Part shown: one piece after another, positions 55,052 through 64,000 of the stretch | Numbering within the stretch: position 1 is the first letter of the stretch | How the letters are laid out: every line of letters starts with the position of its first letter | NCBI GenBank assembly: GCA_964016885.1 | Contig: OZ024742.1 | Coordinates: 121,892,001-121,956,000 of the forward strand | Source of the DNA: Eledone cirrhosa | Taxonomy: Eukaryota | DNA: 64,000 nt | Direction: 5' to 3' | Program-made: the position numbers and the translations under genes | The notes under the pieces: generated by a model | Seen by the model: the letters and a program-made list of their open reading frames with translations, nothing else | Told to the model about the DNA's origin: nothing | Databases searched by the model: none

Positions 55052-55083
<32 letters not shown>

Positions 55084-55660
55084 CATATATATCATATATA
55101 TATCATATATATATATATCACATATATATATATATCATATATATATATATATATATGATAAATATGATATATATATATTATATATATGATATATATATAT
55201 GACATATATCATATATATATATATATATATCATATATATATGATATATATATCATATATATATATATATATATCATATATATATCATATATATATATATA
55301 TCATATATATATCATATATATATATATATCATATATATATCATATGTATATATATATATATATCATATATATATATATATATATATATCATATATATATA
55401 TCATATATATATATATATATCATATATCATATATATATATATATCATATATATATATCATATATATCTATATCATATATATATATCATATATATATATAT
55501 ATCATATATATATATATAGATATATATATCATATATATATATATATCATATATATATATATAGATATATATATCATATATATATATATATCATATATATA
55601 ATATATATATATATATCATATATATATATATATCATATATATAATATATATATATATATC

Positions 55661-55707
<47 letters not shown>

Positions 55708-55811
55708 TATATATATAATATATATATATATGTATATTAAGAATATTTTCGAGATATATGTATATGTAAATATATATATATGTAAATATACGTATATATA
55801 TGTATATATAA

Positions 55812-55847
<36 letters not shown>

Positions 55848-55849
55848 CT

Positions 55850-55885
<36 letters not shown>

Positions 55886-55887
55886 CT

Positions 55888-55918
<31 letters not shown>

Positions 55919-55941
55919 ACTATACATATATATATATATAA

Positions 55942-55972
<31 letters not shown>

Positions 55973-55995
55973 AATATACATATATATATATATAA

Positions 55996-56026
<31 letters not shown>

Positions 56027-56225
56027 AATATACATATATATATATATATATAAATATACATATATATATATATATATAAATATACATATATATATATATA
56101 TATATAAATATACATATATATATATATAAATATACATATATATATATATATAAATATACATATATAAATATACATATATATACATATATATATATATAAA
56201 TATACATATATATATATATATATAA

Positions 56226-56257
<32 letters not shown>

Positions 56258-56260
56258 ATA
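54772..56260. repeat. (TA)n-derived minisatellite blocks with TATCA-, TAACTATACA- and TAAATATACA-punctuated units
   Basis: Direct reading. Confidence 0.9.
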
Positions 56261-56481
56261 TAGGAGAAAGTATGACCCCGGCGGCAGAGCTCAAGCCGTT
56301 TCGACGGCTATTTCTGGACTCTTTCTGGACTATTTCTGGACTAGTCCAGAAATAGCCGTTGAAACGGCTTGAGCTCTGCCGTCGGGGTCATACATTCTCC
56401 TATTACCCACTCAACTACCCTAAGTATTGAGTACTCTGGTGTGTTATGGTCCATCTGGCTCCTTACCACAACTCCTCCGTT
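56261..56481 (+). mobile_element. Palindromic mini-element, family B (half HHR), opposite orientation
   Basis: Fold-back at CTGGACT-AGTCCAG preceded by two extra TTTCTGGACT copies. Confidence 0.85.
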
Positions 56482-56483
56482 AC

Positions 56484-56515
<32 letters not shown>

Positions 56516-56761
56516 GTGTGTGTTTGTGTGTGTGCGTGTGTGTCTGTACGGGTGTGTGCGTGTGTACATAATCATAGATATGTACTCTTACCTGCATATA
56601 TAAGTATACATCTGTTTATTTACATTTATTATTATTATCATTATTATTATATTTAGACATATACACATATATATAAACATATATATGCACACACGCATAC
56701 ACACACACACTCACACACACACATATATATATATATACATACGTATGCACACACGCACACG

Positions 56762-56792
<31 letters not shown>

Positions 56793-56964
56793 TTACACAC
56801 ACACATATATATATATATACATACATACATATATATATTTACACACACACACTTACATATATATATATACATATATATTTACACACACGCATACATATAT
56901 ATATATATATACATACATACATATTTACACACACATATACATACATACATATTTACAGACACAT

Positions 56965-57047
<83 letters not shown>

Positions 57048-57551
57048 CATAAATGTGCACATACATACAAATATAAATACAGAAATATATGCACACAGAT
57101 ATACATACTGGTATATAGGCATATAGAGAAATTTCTACTGAAACAAGGAACTTCTATGTGCTTACCATTTGACTGTAGGGATGTGTTTGGTAGTATATAT
57201 GTGTATATACCTGTGACGATGATTGTGTGTATATGTGATAGGATTATGTAGGTCTGTGTGTGTGATTGAAGACACAATTGAACTGAATATTGGAGGAATT
57301 AATGTAAATAATCAATATGTATTGATGCAACACAAGTATATTGAACCATGGTAGCAATCATCGAAAGATCTAAGATATAGAAAAAAGTATACATGATTAT
57401 ATGTGAACATACAAACAAAACTCATATATACAGATATGTATATATTTCTCTTTATAACTTTAAACATATCAATTCTGGCTCGTATGAATTTTTGTGTTTT
57501 TGTATGTATGTTTGTGAATGCACATATGCCACATAACATATATACATACAT

Positions 57552-57648
<97 letters not shown>

Positions 57649-57804
57649 TACACCCACACATAGACACATATATATATATATACACACACACATATATATA
57701 TATACACATACACATATATATATATATATATACACACACATATATATATATATATATACATGTCTATATATATATATGTATAATATGTACATATATATAT
57801 ATAC

Positions 57805-58321
57805 ATGGTGGCTGCCAACTCGTTTTCGAGTACGGCCACTACTTTATATCCATGTAGGAGAACCCCTACTGATGCGCTGAACGAATGTGACTTTTTAGTC
57901 CAGCCAGCGACTTGAAAACTCTGGTACAAACACCACTTGTGACAATTATTGACACATAGTGCTGGGCCCATGGTACCATGTGACGACAAGTGCAGAGAGA
58001 TCTTCAGATATAAAGCAATGCCTGTGCCATGAAGCTTATATAGTGAGCAAAGGCACTGCACAAAGCCAGTCCCACTCTCTTAACCAAGATGATATTTACC
58101 AAAAATAAGAACAAGTCAACATCATTGGATACCACCAGGGTTGCAGGTGTTATATCAGAGTTTTCCTTCTCCTAGAATTCTGCCTTGACAAAGGCTAAGG
58201 AGTCATCTCTCCCGGTGATTTTGGATGGCTATTAACTCTTAAGAGCTCCTCTGCTCTTTGGCAGGTTTTGTTTTTAGTCCTGCAGGATGTCCAAAGTCAC
58301 CCTCCTCACCAAGAAACCTTG
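57805..58321 (-). mobile_element. Non-autonomous RTE-derived element, copy 3
   Basis: Reverse complement of about 14603-15121. Confidence 0.65.
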
Positions 58322-58879
58322 TATATATATACATACATACATTCGTACATACATATATAGACACCTATATCTGTGTGTGTGACGTGTGATAATTGAGCAG
58401 AAATATATCACAGTTTAACATCAGTTGAAAATAGACTACTATTCAAACTATCTTTAATTATTTTATTTATTTATTTATTTTACTATTTTATGAATCTTGT
58501 GTGTTTTGTATAATCGACCTTATGTTATTCACGAAGTTTTATATACTCCTAATTATATATATCTAACACAGTATGAATTTATAAGCTTCATTGTTCGGAG
58601 TGCATTATTTTGTTTTTGAGACATTGTTTCAAATAGTTAAAAGACGTATCTAGATTTAAAGCTTCAATGCTACAAATTTTTATATCATCATACATTTTAA
58701 ATGTTTTCGCTTTTGTAACGAACATATTTTGGGCTATGCATAATTTTATTTATCGAATATAAGTTAGGTGTGATTGTTTTCTGAAGACGTCCATGCTAAT
58801 TTTCTTCAGACGTTAGAGGAAGAGTAATTTACGTTCAATTACTACAACTAGAATAGATAATAATTTGTTTTAATTCTCT

Positions 58880-60200
58880 GAGGACAGTATCGGTATAGCG
58901 TCGGGCAAAAATGCTTCGTGACATTTAGTTGCGGCTCTCTACGTTCTGAGTTCAAATCCCGCTGAGGTTAGCTTTGCCTTTAATCCTTAAGGAGTCCATA
59001 AAATAAAGTAGCAGTAACGCCCTGGGGTCAGTTAAATATAACATTTTTGTGTTTCGTCAGGAGGATGTGAGGTGGCTATTAACCATTTAAGGACGTCTGT
59101 AACTAGCGATATGGAGGTGAGAATATTCCTTCAAACCGGAGAACTGGTAGCAACCAAAATTGCAACAAATTGTTCTCCGTTTTAAAAGCAAACCAGAGTG
59201 AGGTGATTGTATCAAATCAACTGATGGGTTACTCAACCAATCAAGTAGGAAACTGCGGGAATTGAACTCAGACCTGAAGAACCCTGAACAACTACCGCAA
59301 GGTATCCCGTCCAACATTCTAATGAGATGGGTATTTTATTGATCAAGCTAGTATGAAAGGAAAAGTTGATAAAGGTGTTATTTGACCTGCTGACGCACGC
59401 TCCCATTTTCTAGCGCTTCTATTAATTTGCCATGAATAGCTTTCGTGAATTTTAATTTAATATATTCGCATTGTAAAAGAACAAACATAATAGAAACATA
59501 TTTTTCAGTATGATACAATATATTAAAAAAGAAACCAAAGCGAAGCAAACGAAAAATAAAGAATCAGCAAACTAAAATGATGGTGTTTTTATTAGAAATC
59601 TTGTATAGCTTTGCGGCATAGAGATATGGCCCTTTATGTTCTGAGTTCAAATCGTGCCTAAGTTAGCTTTGACTTTCATCCTTATGGGGCCGATAAAAGA
59701 GAGTGCCAAACAACAATCTGGGATCGATTTAATCGACTTTCTCCTCCCGCCAACTTTTTGGCCTTGTGCCTAAATTTGAAACCATTATTATCTTGTATAG
59801 CTCTGCGGTATGAAGTTATAACCCTTTACGTTCGGTGTTCAAATTCTGCTGTGGTTAGCTTTGCCTTTCATCCTGACAGCGTCGATAAAACAAAGAAGCA
59901 GTAACGCACTGGGGTCGATTTAATTCATCCCTCCTACAAAGAAAAAAATATTGGCTTTGTGTCTAAATCAGAAACGATTATTAATCTTATATAAGACTTA
60001 GCAGAGTGGCTTGAGCCTCAGATAAATGTTTAGCAGTATTTTATCCGGCGCTTTATGTTCTGGGCCCAAAACCTGCCAGGGTCAATTTTGGCATTAATCT
60101 TTCCGTTGTCGATTAAAAAGAGTACAATTCATGAGGTTGGGTTATTCTACTTATTCCTCCTCACAAATAACTGACCTTGCTCGTAAAGTAGAAATTATTA
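58880..60200 (+). mobile_element. Cluster of four diverged major-family SINEs
   Basis: Copies at about 58880-59030, 59608-59790, 59798-59982 and 59998-60200. Confidence 0.75.
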
Positions 60201-60629
60201 TTAATCTAGTCTTCCTTACACATCACGGGAAATCTATTATAGAATATATCTGCACAGCATTTTAAATATGAATTGCGAATAAAATAAAATCTACAAAAAA
60301 ATATGCTGACATACTAAACTTTTCTAATAACACCTAATATTTCGCACTTAAAAAAGAAAAAAAAAAATCAGATATTTCTGTAAAAGTATATTAATGAAGT
60401 AGTAGAAAACAGTGTTTCTGCTTCGTAATGCATTTATTAATATGAATGTTATGAACTAATTAAAGAGAATTTAATTTCTTTTGAATAATTGAGAATATAA
60501 CTTGCTTAAATATACTTTTTGCTTTTGAAATTTAGTTGCAATTATATATCAACTAACCTTTATGTATCAAAATTATGAGTTGTTGATAGCAAACAAAACG
60601 TATTACTTTATCCCTGAATATATATAAAT

Positions 60630-62110
60630 GGTTGTTTCTAATTTAGACACAAGACCGTCAACTTTAGGGGAGGTGAAAGTCGATCAATTTATTTTATGGG
60701 CCCCATAAGAATGAAAGGCAAAAGATAACCTCAGCGGGATTTGAACTCAGAACGTAAAGGGGCGTAATTCTATGCGGTAAGCTCCACATCTGGGATGCTA
60801 TATACAGCGACACTTTCTCCAGTCGCAATCTGGTGCAGTCTGCGACTAACCCAGGCTCAGCTGCTTTTCGGGCCGATGAGGGCAAACTCTCCAAATATCG
60901 GTCGCTCTCCAGCAGGTTTGCGGTCGAGCCCGTAGCAGTGGAGACGTCTGGTGTCCTTGGCCCTAGGACCAATTCCCTACTTACTACCATCGGCACAATG
61001 TTGGCTACCCGCAGGTGTGGTCCCGCAAGCTGGAATGGCTCTTCCAGCGAGTCTCCCTCAAAATCCTCCATTGAAACGCCTTCTCTATTCTGCCCGCTGG
61101 GACCACAGGGAGGCCACCGTGTGGACCCCCATTTGTTCACAATAGTGAGAGATGGGGAGAGCGGGAGAGACGGAGACAGTGACAGTGGGTGTTTGGTTCC
61201 AGGCAGTATTGGTAGAGGGCCAGACACCATGCTTTGCAGCATAGAGTTACGGCCCTTTATGTTAAGAGTTCAAATCCCACCGAGGTTAACTTTGCCTTTC
61301 ATCCTTACGGGGTCGATAAAATAAAGTACCAGTAATACACTGGGATGATTGCTGGCCTCGTGCCAAAAGTAGAAACAATTATATTAGGATCTGGTATATA
61401 TGTATATATTTATTAACTGTTATTCGGCTATTACATTACTTTATGATGTGGAGCGAGAAGAATGAAATCTTGCTGTAGAAAAATCATATTTCTATGAAGA
61501 AATCAAGAGGTTAACATTCTTTTTAGAATAACCGAATAGTTTCCATCTAACATATATAGAAAATGATAATAATTGTTTCTACTTTTGGCACAAGACCAGC
61601 AATTACCCAGTACAATACTGGTACTTTATTTTATCGACTCCGTAAGGATGAAAGGCAAAGTTAACCTCGACGGGATTTGAACTCAGTCCGTAAAGGGACG
61701 TAACTGTGCTGAAAAGCATGGCGTCCGACCATCTACCGATGCTGCCAATCCATAGAAAATGATAATAATTGTTTCTACTTCTGGCACAAGGCCAGCAATT
61801 ATCCCAGTGTATTACTGGTACTTTATTTTATCGACCCCGTAAGGATGAAAGGCAAAGTTAACCTCGGCGGGATTTGAACTCAGAACATAAAGGGCCGTAA
61901 CTCTTTATCATAGAAAATGATAATAATAGTAGTACATTATGAAACATAAAAATAATGAAGGTATTAATAATAGTAAAAGTAATAATAATTGTTTCTAATA
62001 TTGGTACAAGACTAGCAATTATCGCAGTGCATTACTGGTACTTTATTTTATCGACCTCGTAAGGATGAAAGGCAAAGTTTACCTTGGCGGGATTTGAACT
62101 CAGACCATAA
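60630..62110. mobile_element. Cluster of five major-family SINEs
   Basis: About 60630-60780 (-), 61200-61381 (+), 61568-61752 (-), 61765-61905 (-), 61985-62110 (-). Confidence 0.8.
60785..61145 (+). pseudogene. 3' fragment of a CRE-like non-LTR retrotransposon (restriction-like endonuclease C-terminus)
   Basis: IWDAIYSDTF..PGSAAFRADEGKLSKY..PVAVETSGVLG..(frameshift)WLFQRVSLKIL..NA. Confidence 0.75.
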
Positions 62111-63534
62111 AAGGAAAGTAAAAGTAATAATAATAGGAGAAATCCAAAGGGAAAGTAAAAGTAATAATAATAAGGAGAAATCTAATAGTAATGTTTTCGG
62201 ATTTAGGCTCATACAGTAAACGCTGTCCGGCGCGAATACATGCATAAACGAAGTTATAGTATATGAAAATTATATATATATATATATATACAGACATGTA
62301 CATATGTGCCTGCACACATGTACACGCACGTGCCTTTACATGTGTGCAATCAAATGTATACATACATACAATAGCGGACTGGGTCTAAAAATATCGGTTG
62401 CCAGGAGATAAGGAACCCCCCTCCCTCCTCACACACACATATAGAATGCTATCATTTAACTCTTATAATGAATGAATAACATTTTCAAAAAAAACATTAG
62501 TGAAAACAAAACGAAGCAATCAAATTTCTGCGGGAAAAAATGTCTTTTTTAAAAATTATAGTGTATATATACTATACATATTACTGGCAGTATAAAGTAA
62601 TACTAAATGTTAATACAGAATGTTATAATTGAATTTTAAAATAATTATGAATGTATAGTATACTGTTATTTTGAGTAGAGTATGCAAGTGACCGTCTTAC
62701 CTTCTCCAATAAAAAAATAAAGAACCTTGCGAAACATCCACACCCAGAGCCTTTCAATAATGAACTTTGGTCATTCACATTCACTCAATATATATATCTG
62801 GGAGTGTGTGTATATGTGTACATGTGTATTATATATAGATTTATATATATGTATGCATACATGTTTTCAACTTGTACAAATAATTGACCAAATGCTTTGC
62901 TTATTTGTTTATTTATTTTTTAAAGATTTTTATTCTTTCTCTAGGACTTTTTGTTAAAGATATTTTTTGAAAGCAAAGCATTGGCCCCTAAAATACTACA
63001 GTGGGCTCCTTCAATGCTATCGTGGGCCCTTACAATGCGACATTTTTGTTCACAGGAATCACAGCTATTTGCAATACATTTGACATGAATTTCAACTGTT
63101 TGTATTACATTTTGAACGCCAGTTGTTTTCAAAATCTCTTTAACCTCTCGAGCGAATAGGGAGTCAACACACCATCACTTTACTTGCTAAAAATATTGGC
63201 TTAATCCGTCTCACATCACTTTTTCTCATCTTAAAACAACAAACACGACACACAAAAGATTTATTGGACAATGTATTGTATATGTCGACAAAGGCAAAGA
63301 TAGAATTGACAGCTGGAATGCCTGTAATCAGCCTCAGAGTTGACACATGGCTAAAAAAACAAACAAAACCACAAAAAATAACAAACAAAATAAAAACAAG
63401 AATAACAACATCGGTCACCTTAATATGTGCTGGCTCAGCTGAACTGCAAAGGGAGATCGAAACAGAAGAATCCCAAGAACCTTCCACACAAGTCACATCA
63501 CGAACGATGAGGTCCGCAAAAGTATCATCCAGCA

Positions 63535-63826
63535 AGTGAATCACTTTGGAGATCTGCTGATCACGGTGTAGAGTACAAAGCCGATGTGGTTTGGGCATGT
63601 GAAAAGATCGTACGGACTCACTAAGAGGATTCTCCAAGGAGGAGTGCGAAGAAAAGAAGGCGGACAGAGAGAGGAAGCGGTGAACGGACAACATAGCTGA
63701 GTGGACTGAGAAGAACTTTGCAATAACCCAAGAACTCACCCATGACCGCCACAGATTGAGGCATTTAGTACAGCGTTCGATCCCGAAAGAGGTTAAGGCA
63801 CCATGTTGATGATGATGATGATGATG
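63535..63826 (+). mobile_element. Degenerate RTE LINE 3' end with (GAT)n tail
   Basis: WFGHV.RS.., TDNIAEWT..F..TQELTHDR. Confidence 0.7.
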
Positions 63827-64000
63827 TGGATGATGGATATTTATTTTAGCTTATAATTTGTTCTAAATTGTCAAACGAATTGCACCCTGTCAATAATATT
63901 CCTAACATATGCTGTTATATGATCTTTCAAACTAGTGTAGATTTTTTGTATATCTATATCTGCTTTTCATCAGGGTGGACTGCAGCAACGTGAAATAAAT

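Noticed and set aside
62945-63088. Candidate terminal exon after a pyrimidine tract and AG (47 open codons)
   Set aside because: No recognisable homology and no partner exons; it could arise by chance.

Overview
AT-rich animal DNA with no host gene that I can support. The SINE and RTE families and the very long (TA)n tracts look like Octopus/cephalopod, which is an inference. Almost all listed short ORFs are microsatellite artefacts ([10 protein letters not shown]). The real content is retroelements: six coding Penelope-like element (PLE) copies or remnants (RT and/or GIY-YIG), a truncated Ty3/Gypsy element with an inverted LTR plus tRNA-Trp PBS, RTE/CRE/other LINE fragments, many tRNA-derived SINEs and a few DNA-transposon or Helentron-like derivatives. 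The main signal is a dense set of type I hammerhead ribozyme (HHR) motifs: about 26 by hand count, in about 14 sequence families. They lie in PLE terminal repeats and in short non-coding palindromic or tandem elements, nearly all inserted in (TA)n. Several have unusual recurring features: a pyrimidine-pyrimidine mismatch at stem II pair 4 across five families, U3-A8, U4A and U4C core variants, palindromic half-ribozyme minis, a 530-bp retrozyme-like unit whose repeat stops 2 nt from the predicted cleavage site, and reiterated oligomers at fold-back junctions. All folds and counts were done by eye, and ribozyme activity is untested.
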